This document shows positions 6,743 to 16,334 of a DNA stretch of 64,000 nucleotides, in pieces; the first letter of the stretch is position 1, and each line of letters starts with the position of its first letter. The stretch is from Escherichia coli (GTDB taxonomy: Bacteria > Pseudomonadota > Gammaproteobacteria > Enterobacterales > Enterobacteriaceae). The notes under the pieces are model-generated. The model was not told the origin of the DNA, did not search any database, and saw only the letters and a program-made list of their open reading frames with translations. Location: NCBI RefSeq assembly GCF_024223415.1, contig NZ_CP100502.1; one strand, 5' to 3'. The position numbers and the translations under genes were made by a program.

Positions 6743-9442
6743 GTGAATGCAGTCATTCCGAAAAAGAGAAGGGACGGCAAGTCTTCGTTCGAAGACCTGG
6801 TATCCTACGTCTCTGTCCGGGATGACATGACCGATGAGGAACTGGATTTATCTTCTTCTTCGCAGGCTGAACAACCGCACCGAAGCCGTTTCAGTCGCCT
6901 TGTTGATTATGCGACACGTCTTCGAAATGAGTCATTCGTGGCGCTGGTTGATGTCATGAAGGACGGCTGCGAATGGGTCAACTTTTATGGTGTCACCTGC
7001 TTTCATAACTGTACTTCTCTTGAAACTGCCGCTGCAGATATGGAGTACATTGCCCGGCAGGCACACTATGCAAAAGATGACACTGATCCTGTTTTTCACT
7101 ACATCCTTTCCTGGCAGTCACATGAAAGCCCGCGTCCGGAACAGATTTATGACAGTGTACGTCATACGCTGAAATCACTCGGCCTTGCCGACCATCAGTA
7201 TGTCTCTGCCGTGCATACTGATACAGATAATCTGCACGTCCATGTGGCTGTTAACCGGGTACACCCTGAAACGGGTTATCTGAACCGGTTATCCTGGAGT
7301 CAGGAAAAACTCAGTCGTGCCTGCCGTGAGCTTGAACTGAAGCATGGTTTTGCTCCGGATAACGGTTGCTGGGTCCATGCACCGGGAAATCGTATCGTTC
7401 GCAAAACCGCCGTTGAACGTGATCGCCAGAACGCGTGGACACGCGGGAAAAAACAAACTTTTCGCGAGTATGTCGCGCAGACAGCGGTCGCTGGTTTACG
7501 CAGTGAACCTGTAAATGACTGGTTATCCCTGCATCGTCGTCTTGCGGAAGATGGTCTGTACCTGTCTCAGATGGACGGAAAATTTCTGGTGATGGATGGC
7601 TGGGATCGCAACAGGGAAGGTGTACAGCTTGACTCGTTTGGTCCCTCCTGGTGTGCAGAAAAACTCATGAAAAAAATGGGTGACTACACGCCAGTACCAA
7701 AAGACATTTTCAGCCAGGTGGAAGCACCAGGACGCTATAATCCGGACTTCATTGCCGCTGATGTTCGCCCGGAAAAAATCGCTGAAACAGAAAGTCTGCA
7801 GCAGTATGCCTGTCGTCATCTTGGAGAACGTCTGCCGGAAATGGCACGGGAAGGACGGCTGGAAAACTGCCAGGCTATTCACCGCACACTGGCTGAAGCG
7901 GGATTATGGATGCGTGTTCAGCATGGTCACCTGGTTATCTGTGACGGTTATGATCATAACCAGACTCCCGTTCGTGCTGACAGCGTATGGTCGCTGCTGA
8001 CGCTCGACAATGTGAATCAACTCGATGGTGGCTGGCAGCCTGTACCAACAGATATTTTCCGCCAGGTTACGCCAACAGAACGCTTCCGTGGTCGTCGTAT
8101 GGAGAGCTGTCCTGCGACCGATAAAGAATGGCACCGTATGCGTACAGGCACGGGGCCGCAGGGGGCTATCAAACGCGAACTGTTTTCTGACAAAGAAAGT
8201 CTGTGGGGATACAGCATCAGCCATTGTAGCCCTCAGATTGAAGAAATGATCACACAGGGTGAGTTTACCTGGCAGCGTTGTCATGAGCTGTTTGCACAAC
8301 AGGGACTGATGCTACAGAAACAACATCACGGGCTTGTTGTCGTTGATGCCTTTAATCATGAGCAAACGCCGGTGAAGGCCAGCAGCATTCATCCTGATCT
8401 GACACTGGGGCGTGCAGAGCCACAGGCCGGACCTTTTGTGAGTGCCCCAGCAGATTTGTTTGACAGGGTGCAACCTGAAAGTCGCTATAACCCGGAGCTG
8501 GCTGTCAGTGACAGGTACGGGGTCAGCAGTAAACGTGACCCAATGCTGCGCCGGCAGCGACGTGAAGCCAGAGCTGAGGCCCGTGCTGACCTGCGTGCCC
8601 GCTATCTGGCATGGCGTGAACAATGGCGTAAACCAGATCTGCGTTATGGGGAACGTTGTCGGGAAATTCATCAGGCATGCCGTCTGCGGAAGTCACACAT
8701 TCGTGCGCAGTACGATGATCCGGCATTACGTAAGCTGCATTATCACATTGCAGAAGTTCAGCGAATGCAGGCATTGATCAGGCTGAAAGAAGACATCAGG
8801 GATGAGCGACAGAAACTTATTGCTGATGGGAAATGGTATCCACCCTCTTACCGTCAGTGGGTCGAAATTCAGGCTGCTCAGGGAGACAGGGCTGCTGTAT
8901 CGCAGCTGAGAGGCTGGGATTATCGCGATCGCCGTAAAGACAGGTCACGCACAACGACGACAGACCGCTGTGTCGTGCTTTGTGAACCGGGCGGAACGCC
9001 GGTATACGGTAATACCGGTGATCTCGAGGCCCGTCTGCAGAAGAACGGGAGTGTTCGTTTCCGTGACCGTCGGACGGGAGAGTTTGTCTGTACGGATTAT
9101 GGTGACAGGGTTGTTTTCCGTAATCACCATGACCGCAATGCGCTGGCAGATAAACTGGATTTGATTGCACCGGTATTATTCGGGCGTGATCCACGCATGG
9201 GTTTTGAACCAGAAGGAAACGACAAACAATTTAACCAGGTCTTTGCTGAAATGGTTGCCTGGCATAATGTGACAGGCCGTACCGGTCACGAAGACTACAG
9301 GATTACGCGACCGGACGTGGATCATCACCGTGAAGGAAGTGAACGCTACTACCGCGATTATATCGCGGCGAACAGCAACAATGACGCATCACTGCCTCCG
9401 CCGGAGCAGGATAAACGCTGGGAACCGCCTTCTCCAGGTTAA
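6743..9442 (+). CDS. nikB: NikB relaxase (MobP-type), 899 aa
   Basis: ORF track; N-terminal HxH motif region (HTDTDNLHVHVAVNRVHPETG); length equals R64 NikB (899 aa) as I recall. Confidence 0.85.
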   Translation: MNAVIPKKRRDGKSSFEDLVSYVSVRDDMTDEELDLSSSSQAEQPHRSRFSRLVDYATRLRNESFVALVDVMKDGCEWVNFYGVTCFHNCTSLETAAADMEYIARQAHYAKDDTDPVFHYILSWQSHESPRPEQIYDSVRHTLKSLGLADHQYVSAVHTDTDNLHVHVAVNRVHPETGYLNRLSWSQEKLSRACRELELKHGFAPDNGCWVHAPGNRIVRKTAVERDRQNAWTRGKKQTFREYVAQTAVAGLRSEPVNDWLSLHRRLAEDGLYLSQMDGKFLVMDGWDRNREGVQLDSFGPSWCAEKLMKKMGDYTPVPKDIFSQVEAPGRYNPDFIAADVRPEKIAETESLQQYACRHLGERLPEMAREGRLENCQAIHRTLAEAGLWMRVQHGHLVICDGYDHNQTPVRADSVWSLLTLDNVNQLDGGWQPVPTDIFRQVTPTERFRGRRMESCPATDKEWHRMRTGTGPQGAIKRELFSDKESLWGYSISHCSPQIEEMITQGEFTWQRCHELFAQQGLMLQKQHHGLVVVDAFNHEQTPVKASSIHPDLTLGRAEPQAGPFVSAPADLFDRVQPESRYNPELAVSDRYGVSSKRDPMLRRQRREARAEARADLRARYLAWREQWRKPDLRYGERCREIHQACRLRKSHIRAQYDDPALRKLHYHIAEVQRMQALIRLKEDIRDERQKLIADGKWYPPSYRQWVEIQAAQGDRAAVSQLRGWDYRDRRKDRSRTTTTDRCVVLCEPGGTPVYGNTGDLEARLQKNGSVRFRDRRTGEFVCTDYGDRVVFRNHHDRNALADKLDLIAPVLFGRDPRMGFEPEGNDKQFNQVFAEMVAWHNVTGRTGHEDYRITRPDVDHHREGSERYYRDYIAANSNNDASLPPPEQDKRWEPPSPG

Positions 9443-9448
9443 AAAAAA

Positions 9449-9473
9449 GGCCGCGCCAGAATCCGGCGCGGCC
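9449..9473. terminator. Bidirectional terminator hairpin between convergent nikB and trbC
   Basis: 9-bp stem ggccgcgcc / ggcgcggcc flanked by an A-run upstream (T-run on the minus strand). Confidence 0.7.
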
Positions 9474-9478
9474 ACTGT

Positions 9479-11770
9479 TCAGTACATTCCGTCCCAGTCC
9501 GGACGGTTGGTTTTTTTATGATGAAACCCGTTTACAGGACGCCCTGTCGGGTGGTTATTGTCCTGTGGAAGCGTTAACAGGTTTATACCTGCTCTTTCTG
9601 CTCTCACTGATATCTGATTTTCCTCTTTTGTTTCAGGTAGTTCTGGTCTGTTCAGCGTGATATAGCGAATTCGTCGCTCTTCCCGTGTGGTCGTTTTAAG
9701 CGTATTCACCGCTGTTTCCCACAAGGCACTTTCACGTGCGTTGATATCTGTGTCGTACTCTTCCAGCATTGCCATAGCCGCCTGACGTCCTGCAATGCGT
9801 TGCTGGAATGTATCCACGATCGTGTGCGGCTCTGTGCGAATTTTTCGTCTTTTTCTGGAGGGTTTTGCAGTCAGGACGCCAATGATGGCACTGACATTTT
9901 CCGGTGACGGTATTCGACGTTGAGTAGTACGGGGAACAAGACGGCGGAGACGGTCCAGGCGTGGCGCATCCACGCTGATATACCTGTTTATAACAACGGG
10001 ATCGCTGCTGCAGCTTTTCTCATCGTCAGGGATGAAGAATGATGCTGATGGTACGGTTTCTCCCCGGAAAATAGAAAAGAACTCGCCAGGATGAAGTTCA
10101 ATCAACTCCTGAACATTTATCTTGCTTTCCATCAGGATGCTGATTTGTGGGCTGTCAATCCATGATTCACCAAATATGCCGTCCTGACGCTGCAGGTTGT
10201 TCATTCTCGCCCTGGCTTCTTCACCGGCGGCGCTTTTCAGCGTTCTGGCCGTACTACCCTCGCTGACAATCCTGCCGGCAAATTTTGTCCCCGTGTTCTG
10301 CATCAGTGTTGCAGTATTCGTGGCTGTTGTCTGTCCTTCTATACGTTCCTGGTCCTGTGCCATCAAAATCAGAGCAAAATCCAGTGAACGCACCTGAGTG
10401 GCTTCCACAGCAATACGGTCCGTATAGTATGCCCCCACTTCATCAAGGAAACACAGATAAGGGAAACGCCCCTTATATTTTTTGACTTCCAGTGCATCGG
10501 AATCAGTTCCTTCGAGGCGGTAGCCCAAATCACGGGCGAGAATCATACTTTTCTGGGTGATAAACATTCGTCCAAGAGCAGACGTTGTATGCGCTGATGT
10601 ATCCAGAGCGGGGATCATTACCATCAGAATCCTGTCGCTGTGAATGCTGTCACGGATATCGATATCACCGGAATCTTCAGCAAAAATATCCCCGAATGCT
10701 TCCGTGAATGTGCTGAAAGTTTCAGAAAACTGCCCGGAGAGATAAGCATGTTGTTTTCTGGGTTCTTCCGTCCAGGCTGATGGTGTCCTGACCAGCGACA
10801 GGTCGAAACCGGGAACGTCCTGAAGGTAGTTACGTAACGGTGCGATAGCTTCTTCCGGCCACTGATCATCGAGGCCACGACAGTAAAGTTTGGCCATCCC
10901 TTCGAGAGTCATATGTTCACGGAGCATCTGCAGCGACATTGTTTTGCCTTCGCGCACACACCAGAATTTAGTACCAAATACTAGTGCCTTATTCATGGCA
11001 ATGGCCCGGGACTGCCACTCGCCCCCCTGGACGTTCTGGGGCAGCATTGACTGCATTGTCTCCGCTGTGAATGCCTCAGTGCTGTAACAGAAGGGATTCC
11101 AGGTATTTGACTGAGGACGCGTTTTTTCACCACTCAGAATGATTTCACTGCGGGATTTTCCTCCGTTCATGAAGTTAATGACTTCCACATCGTCTTCACG
11201 TCCAAAGCGTCTGGCCAGATACCAGATCGTTCTTGCCGTATCATTCTGTGCCTTGCCATCGACAAGGGTGAATCCTCTTGCCCAGCAAAGTGGGTTAATC
11301 GCCCAGGCAAAGATGGTTTCCGTTTTACCGCCACCGGTGGTGGCGAAAAACATTATATGGCGGGTCAGATCGTCCATACTCAGCCATAACTCCCTGCCAA
11401 TATCCCTGACGCGTTGATAACCAACATAGAATATGCCGCTGGCCGGTGATTCCAGAATGACCTCATACTGGAACAGGGTTGGCCAGAAGCTGAAAAGACT
11501 TCTTTTAATCATTCTGTCCTGTGACGGGTCAGCACATTCCAGCGTCATGGGCATACGAAGAGGGCAGCGCCATCGCTGCAGACTAAATACCAGCATTGTT
11601 ATCAGTGTGAACAACAGACATGCCGGTAATGCAAGTGGCCAGATAAAACTGGCCACAAGACTTGCCACCAGGCAAAAGCCATAGATATTGAGACTCTGGA
11701 GTGCATTCCAGACAGGATTTCCCCAGGCTGTACGGTGTAAAAGCTCGGGGTTAACGCGATGTTCACTCAT
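9479..11770 (-). CDS. trbC: TrbC, DotL/IcmO-like type IV coupling ATPase, 763 aa
   Basis: Walker A FFATTGGGKTE; N-terminal transmembrane segments; length and position match R64 trbC. Confidence 0.8.
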   Translation of the reverse strand: MSEHRVNPELLHRTAWGNPVWNALQSLNIYGFCLVASLVASFIWPLALPACLLFTLITMLVFSLQRWRCPLRMPMTLECADPSQDRMIKRSLFSFWPTLFQYEVILESPASGIFYVGYQRVRDIGRELWLSMDDLTRHIMFFATTGGGKTETIFAWAINPLCWARGFTLVDGKAQNDTARTIWYLARRFGREDDVEVINFMNGGKSRSEIILSGEKTRPQSNTWNPFCYSTEAFTAETMQSMLPQNVQGGEWQSRAIAMNKALVFGTKFWCVREGKTMSLQMLREHMTLEGMAKLYCRGLDDQWPEEAIAPLRNYLQDVPGFDLSLVRTPSAWTEEPRKQHAYLSGQFSETFSTFTEAFGDIFAEDSGDIDIRDSIHSDRILMVMIPALDTSAHTTSALGRMFITQKSMILARDLGYRLEGTDSDALEVKKYKGRFPYLCFLDEVGAYYTDRIAVEATQVRSLDFALILMAQDQERIEGQTTATNTATLMQNTGTKFAGRIVSEGSTARTLKSAAGEEARARMNNLQRQDGIFGESWIDSPQISILMESKINVQELIELHPGEFFSIFRGETVPSASFFIPDDEKSCSSDPVVINRYISVDAPRLDRLRRLVPRTTQRRIPSPENVSAIIGVLTAKPSRKRRKIRTEPHTIVDTFQQRIAGRQAAMAMLEEYDTDINARESALWETAVNTLKTTTREERRIRYITLNRPELPETKEENQISVRAERAGINLLTLPQDNNHPTGRPVNGFHHKKTNRPDWDGMY

Positions 11771-12833
11771 GGCCAGACTCGCTGTCGGTGGTTTTCAGGA
11801 ATAAATTAAGCGTGCCAGTTTCCTGCAGAATTCCTGTAGGCAGATGCCAGCCGGTGTCGGACAGCACCCATGGGGTACCGGCAAATCCGAACTTACGGAA
11901 GGCGACATTGTTAACATCAATCGCAGCTCTGGCTGCTTTCAGGCATGTTTCATCTGCAGGCGTTGTTTCTTCTGATGGCGTCATCATTCCGTTATCTGCG
12001 GAATACAGTCGGTGCCAGCCGGCAGCACGTTTCTGAGCATCTTTTTCACACAGCAGTGGTGCCACACGGTCGGTGGATTCCTCTCCACCAATAACTGAAA
12101 CCGGGTAGATAACGACATTGAAGTCGCTGGCCAGGCGTTTTAAGGCCGGCTCCAGAAGTCTGCAGTTAGGACAGGCAGGATCGAGAAATGCGAACAGGGT
12201 TCGTTCATGACCGGATGACAGGTTGATGGTAAACATGCCCCGATCGGCGTTCCGCTTCAGAACAGTAGCCAGATTATGTCGCGCAGCTGCGGCTTCCGGA
12301 TTTTTGCTTGTGATTGTTTTCTCCGGGACCTGGACGTCTTTTTTCGGGGGAACCGGGAGTTGAATGCCTTCATTTAATGGCACAGTGTGATTCAGGTGAG
12401 GGGGTAGCAGTCGTGGCTCACCTGCTGTCTGTACTGCTTCGGGCGTTGTATCATCCCAGAATACACGATCAACATAGCGGAACAGAGAGAAGCCAATCGT
12501 TGCCATTACGAACAGCACAACGCTGGCGATTATGCCACGGAACAAAGGTGTTCTGCTGAAGCGGCGTTCCATCAGATATTCAAGGCGCAGGCAGGAATCA
12601 ATAGCTGTAAGTATCTGGTCAGCGTTATGCTCCTGTTTATCAATCAGGACGGTTTCTCTGTTACGGGTGCCCATGGCGTCAAAGGCTATATGAATCAGTT
12701 GATTATTTCGTGTTACCAGCCCTGACAGGGCATCCCGTGGAAGGACGGCAATAATTTCTGTCCTGCCATCCGGCCAGATTGCCTGCACGGAAATATGTTT
12801 TGCAATGCGTGTTGCAAAGTACTCGATTGTCAT
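11763..12833 (-). CDS. trbB: TrbB, thioredoxin-fold (DsbC-like) protein with CxxC motif, 356 aa
   Basis: Motif FLDPACPNCRLLEP; overlaps trbC start; position matches R64. Confidence 0.7.
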   Translation of the reverse strand: MTIEYFATRIAKHISVQAIWPDGRTEIIAVLPRDALSGLVTRNNQLIHIAFDAMGTRNRETVLIDKQEHNADQILTAIDSCLRLEYLMERRFSRTPLFRGIIASVVLFVMATIGFSLFRYVDRVFWDDTTPEAVQTAGEPRLLPPHLNHTVPLNEGIQLPVPPKKDVQVPEKTITSKNPEAAAARHNLATVLKRNADRGMFTINLSSGHERTLFAFLDPACPNCRLLEPALKRLASDFNVVIYPVSVIGGEESTDRVAPLLCEKDAQKRAAGWHRLYSADNGMMTPSEETTPADETCLKAARAAIDVNNVAFRKFGFAGTPWVLSDTGWHLPTGILQETGTLNLFLKTTDSESGHE

Positions 12834-12851
12834 TTTCAGTTCTCCGGATAA

Positions 12852-14060
12852 TCAGAATTCGTTGTCTGTAGCAGGTGTGCGGGGCAGGATGTCGTCGGTG
12901 AGGGACCAGTTGGTCAGGATGCGGCGTTTCCGGTCGCGATCTGGTTGTGGTTCATCCCAGATAAGACCGAGACTGAGCATATCCCGCCGTAAGCCTTCCA
13001 CCGCTTCATCAACACAGGGTTCAGGGCAGGGAAGACCAAAACGCATGGCTTCGGCCTCTGCACGTGCAACGGCCACCACGCCAGCGCCTTCAATAAATCC
13101 TTTCGTGGTATTGGCGCGGTGTAATGCATAAAACAGCGTCCTGTCCACGCCTTTCAGCCAAATCCAGTTGGGTGGCGTAAGCCGCAGGTCATGTGCATAC
13201 AGCCAGACCAGCCCACTGCGGACGTAGCGATGTTGTTTCAGCCATTGCTGTGCTCCGTTGCTTTTAATCACTCTCTGGAAAGCTGATTTGGCCAGTGAAT
13301 AAACAGGGGTACAGAATTTCCCACTGTCCCGTTTGCTTTTAATTCTGCATGAGAGGTTCAGTGTATCCATGAGCTTTAATGCTGCCTTACGATCATCCAG
13401 GAAATACTGAAGACCAAATATGGCAAAGAGCGCTTTTTCATGTGGTGCCATGTCTTTCCAGGACGTTAAAGGTTTACCCAACTGGGCCATGAAACATCGT
13501 CTTGCAGCTGCAACATCGAGCTGCATATTGGTGATGAGAGTATGCTGCTCGACAAATGCTTCCGGGGTGAGAGCAACCCGCCGTTCAGGTCGTTTGCCAC
13601 CATGAAAGAGTTTTTCCGGATCACCATCTGCCAGTACAGGGGCGATAGCAGGGGACAACGAAGCAAAGATGTGTGGCAGTCGGGTAATATCTACTGGTCT
13701 GCGGGTGAAACGACTTTGTCCCGGATGTTGATACCACTCCCACAAACACCAGAGTGTCACAGGTAAGAGGTACATCCACAGAATACCTATGGTCTGCTCC
13801 ATGACATTAACCCACTGGCTATAGCTTATGTTGGCGGCGTTGTTACCGGTCATGGCAAGCAGGTTGTATCGTGGTGCTGCATAGTTATGAAATGGTCCCC
13901 AGTCAACCAGTCCCCATAAGGTATGAAGAATCAGGCAGCTGGCGTAAACCACTTCCGGCAAGAATAACCATATAACGAATAGCAGCAGGATAAGAAGGAC
14001 ACCAACAGCGCCCCATATCTGCATAGGATCTTCTGCGACAGGCTGTCGATTGTAAGACAT
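12852..14060 (-). CDS. trbA: TrbA, DotM/IcmP-like inner-membrane transfer protein, 402 aa
   Basis: ORF track; N-terminal membrane segments; position upstream of trbB. Confidence 0.65.
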   Translation of the reverse strand: MSYNRQPVAEDPMQIWGAVGVLLILLLFVIWLFLPEVVYASCLILHTLWGLVDWGPFHNYAAPRYNLLAMTGNNAANISYSQWVNVMEQTIGILWMYLLPVTLWCLWEWYQHPGQSRFTRRPVDITRLPHIFASLSPAIAPVLADGDPEKLFHGGKRPERRVALTPEAFVEQHTLITNMQLDVAAARRCFMAQLGKPLTSWKDMAPHEKALFAIFGLQYFLDDRKAALKLMDTLNLSCRIKSKRDSGKFCTPVYSLAKSAFQRVIKSNGAQQWLKQHRYVRSGLVWLYAHDLRLTPPNWIWLKGVDRTLFYALHRANTTKGFIEGAGVVAVARAEAEAMRFGLPCPEPCVDEAVEGLRRDMLSLGLIWDEPQPDRDRKRRILTNWSLTDDILPRTPATDNEF

Positions 14061-14212
14061 GACAAAGTCTCCATTTCTGGAATTTAAATCAAACGGAAAG
14101 GTTAAAAATTTATTTGCAGGCGATAAGAGCTAACCAGAGGAATTAGCCGTGCGATAAAAGGATTGTTGCAGATACGAAAGTCGTTAGAATAGCTGCGGGC
14201 GCTTGAGGCTGT

Positions 14213-14497
14213 ATGCCGAAAGCGTTTTGTGGACGGTATACAGCAGAAAGCCCCTGGAGATTTTTTTATCAATCAACCAAGGGCTCTACTGTAATGCCTA
14301 GACAACATTATAGTAGCCCGATAACCGCCGTAAGGCAATGGAGGGGCTATGATGCCACAGCGAACGTTTTTAATGATGTTAATCGTCATCTGTGTGACGA
14401 TTCTGTGTTTTGTCTGGATGGTGAGGGATTCGCTTTGCGGACTCCGGCTCCAGCAGGGAAACACAGTGCTTGTGGCAACGTTAGCCTACGAAGTTAA
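14213..14497 (+). CDS. pndC: PndC-like overlapping reading frame (mok-type translational coupler for pndA); true start uncertain
   Basis: ORF overlapping pndA in another frame and ending 7 nt before the pndA stop, as in hok/mok architecture. Confidence 0.35.
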   Translation: MPKAFCGRYTAESPWRFFYQSTKGSTVMPRQHYSSPITAVRQWRGYDATANVFNDVNRHLCDDSVFCLDGEGFALRTPAPAGKHSACGNVSLRS

Positions 14498-14504
14498 ACG
14501 TTAA
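14352..14504 (+). CDS. pndA: PndA, Hok-family type I toxin, 50 aa
   Basis: Not in ORF track (<60 aa). Translation MPQRTFLMMLIVICVTILCFVWMVRDSLCGLRLQQGNTVLVATLAYEVKR; SD ggagggg; Hok signature (SLC..R, LAYE). Confidence 0.85.
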   Translation: MPQRTFLMMLIVICVTILCFVWMVRDSLCGLRLQQGNTVLVATLAYEVKR

Positions 14505-14513
14505 CGGGCAACA

Positions 14514-14544
14514 CGGCGGCAGGTTTTCTGCCGCCGCTTTGTTG
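14514..14544 (+). terminator. Terminator after pndA
   Basis: Stem cggcggcag / ctgccgccg followed by a T-rich tract. Confidence 0.6.
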
Positions 14545-14575
14545 CGAAGGCTGACCTCATTGCGCCCTTTCTTCT

Positions 14576-14827
14576 TCAATGAAGCGTATCCGGTATTGTT
14601 TCATTTTCCCTGAAGCCGATTAGCTCCAGCCGAATGCCTTTGCCATCGGGGGCCACGTTCTGCATTTCGCAGATACCACGTCGGGTCATGAGTGTGAAGG
14701 CTGTCATTGCCAGCATGGCTAACGCGTTTTCCTCGCTTCCGCTGCGTTTCTCGAGAGCATCGGCAATTTCTTCTATGCTCCCCACCTGAAAGCAAGAGTC
14801 GAATTCTTTACTCCACTTTTCTGACAT
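14576..14827 (-). CDS. Hypothetical protein, 83 aa
   Basis: ORF track only; weak SD. Confidence 0.35.
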   Translation of the reverse strand: MSEKWSKEFDSCFQVGSIEEIADALEKRSGSEENALAMLAMTAFTLMTRRGICEMQNVAPDGKGIRLELIGFRENETIPDTLH

Positions 14828-14980
14828 CGGATTTTCTCTCTGTATTTATGGGTAGTTATCGAACTGAATGTGCCAGTTTTTTCAGGAGACGGCAAAGTTG
14901 AGATGATTGGTTCTGATTCAGAGCATGAGTTTCCTCGGTGTGACGGGCATGTCGGGCGGATTTTGAGAAACAACAGATGT

Positions 14981-15011
14981 AAAAAAACCGACTGGTGAGG
15001 TCGGTTTTTTT
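14981..15011. terminator. Bidirectional rho-independent terminator
   Basis: aaaaaaa-ccgac-tggtgag-gtcgg-ttttttt. Confidence 0.65.
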
Positions 15012-15043
15012 ACTGTTCCGTTACAGAGTGGGTGGCCCTGACC

Positions 15044-15068
15044 GGAGGAAATCTCTTTTCAACTAACG
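15044..15068 (+). repeat. 25-nt direct repeat copy 1 (ggaggaaatctcttttcaactaacg)
   Basis: Near-identical copy at 15231-15255; first 10 nt complementary to gatttcctcc at 15300-15309. Confidence 0.8.
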
Positions 15069-15230
15069 TTCTTATAATAGCGAGCTGTTCATTTGATAGC
15101 AACCATCCTTATAATCCGCAGGTTAGCTCTGTCTGGCGACACTTCTGCCGTGATATCCATCGGGACTATGGATGCAAGATTTTAAGTCCTGGCTGAACAA
15201 ACAGGTGGTGCTGTGTTCAGTGCTCTGGCA

Positions 15231-15255
15231 GGAGGAAGTCTCTTTTCAACTAACA
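15231..15255 (+). repeat. 25-nt direct repeat copy 2 (ggaggaagtctcttttcaactaaca)
   Basis: See copy 1; lies ~70 nt upstream of the DinQ-like mini-ORF. Confidence 0.8.
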
Positions 15256-15325
15256 CTGAAAGTGCCGTTGTGACAGGCAATGTAAGAGTAAGCAACGGTG
15301 ATTTCCTCCAGTGATGGAGAAGCGG

Positions 15326-15421
15326 ATGATTAATCTGTTAATCATCGTTCTCAGGGCAGTAGTTGCCGTTGCAAACGCGCTGATTGCTGTTCTGGAACTG
15401 ATCCGGGAACTTGTCGACTGA
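15326..15421 (+). CDS. DinQ/TisB-class small hydrophobic peptide (candidate type I toxin), 31 aa (35 aa from ATG 15314)
   Basis: Not in ORF track. MINLLIIVLRAVVAVANALIAVLELIRELVD; resembles E. coli DinQ (..ALIALLELIRFLL.. as I recall); SD ggag; hairpin follows at 15443-15469. Confidence 0.5.
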   Translation: MINLLIIVLRAVVAVANALIAVLELIRELVD

Positions 15422-15442
15422 TAAGCCTGGAAACGTAACTAA

Positions 15443-15469
15443 GGGCAGGGAGTTACCGCTTCCTGCCCT
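15443..15469. terminator. Hairpin agggcagg-N11-cctgccct after the mini-ORF
   Basis: 8-bp stem; weak T tract. Confidence 0.4.
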
Positions 15470-15485
15470 TTAACAAAAAGAGATC

Positions 15486-15662
15486 TCACGTTAAAAATTT
15501 GTACCCTTCTTTAACTTCCAGTGCCTGCTCCTTTGACTCAAACATCAGTCTTGTTTTCCCGGGAACGCCCCATGAAATGTATTCAACATCTATCCACCAT
15601 TTTCCATATTCTTTATATGGCCCGGATATTACTTTTTTGACAAAGGCGTCTACCAGATTCAT
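15486..15662 (-). CDS. Hypothetical small protein, 58 aa (MNLVDAFVKKVISGPYKEYGKWWIDVEY...)
   Basis: Internal ATG of ORF 15486..15770 with SD aagga; AT-rich region. Confidence 0.4.
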   Translation of the reverse strand: MNLVDAFVKKVISGPYKEYGKWWIDVEYISWGVPGKTRLMFESKEQALEVKEGYKFLT

Positions 15663-16053
15663 TATTTTTTCCTTTTTGTGTTGAAAATAATTAATGCCAG
15701 AGCACAGCGAAAATAATGAATGCGCTGGCTGTGATAATTGCGATTTTCTCCCATATGATATTTTTCTCATGGGGGTTTCTACGGAGATTATTTCTTCGCA
15801 TTGAGATACCGGTATTCATGTTTTATCTTGGACTTTTGTTTTGTTGTCTGTCTGGCAGGCTGTTCTGCGCCCGTTTGTGACAAGGTTAGCTTATGGGGTT
15901 AAATGGTCACGGACATCATGCGGACGGTTCCCTGTCACATGCCATCTGTTTTTTTCATTCAAATTGAGAGATATTGCTAAGTTGAGTCGCTTGCGATAGT
16001 GGACTCCTGTTTGTAAGTGAGTGCCATTGTTTATTTCATGAAGAGGATTGATT

Positions 16054-16263
16054 ATGAGCATGCCTCCTGCGATAGCTAATACTTTCTTGTTTGAAATGAT
16101 GAAGAGTAAATCAAAAGACGTTACACTTGCTGCGATCTATGCATTAGGTGAAGGCCGGTGTCAGGCGGAGAACATTACTCGTGAATTACATAGATTGAGT
16201 CAAAGTGATGATATGGAAATAAAAATTGCTGCGATTAAAGCACTTGGTCGAATTTATCGGTAA
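16054..16263 (+). CDS. Hypothetical small protein, 69 aa, with HEAT-like repeats (AAIYALGEG / AAIKALGRI)
   Basis: ORF track (16048 is TTG; ATG at 16054); followed by hairpin at 16294-16315. Confidence 0.4.
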   Translation: MSMPPAIANTFLFEMMKSKSKDVTLAAIYALGEGRCQAENITRELHRLSQSDDMEIKIAAIKALGRIYR

Positions 16264-16293
16264 CGGCATAAGTTATCTGTTGTAATGAACAAA

Positions 16294-16315
16294 AGCCGGC
16301 TCATTTGAACCGGCT
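16294..16315. terminator. Hairpin agccgg-N10-ccggct between the 16054 gene and excA
   Basis: Stem-loop; T-rich tract on the minus strand (downstream of excA). Confidence 0.45.
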
Positions 16316-16334
16316 GTTATGGAGGGAGCTTATC

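Noticed and set aside
6987-9194. Many 60-130 aa ORFs on both strands inside nikB
   Set aside because: Nested within the 899-aa relaxase frame; typical spurious ORFs.
15050-15300. LexA box upstream of the DinQ-like ORF
   Set aside because: No convincing CTG-N10-CAG site was seen by eye; SOS regulation is therefore not claimed.
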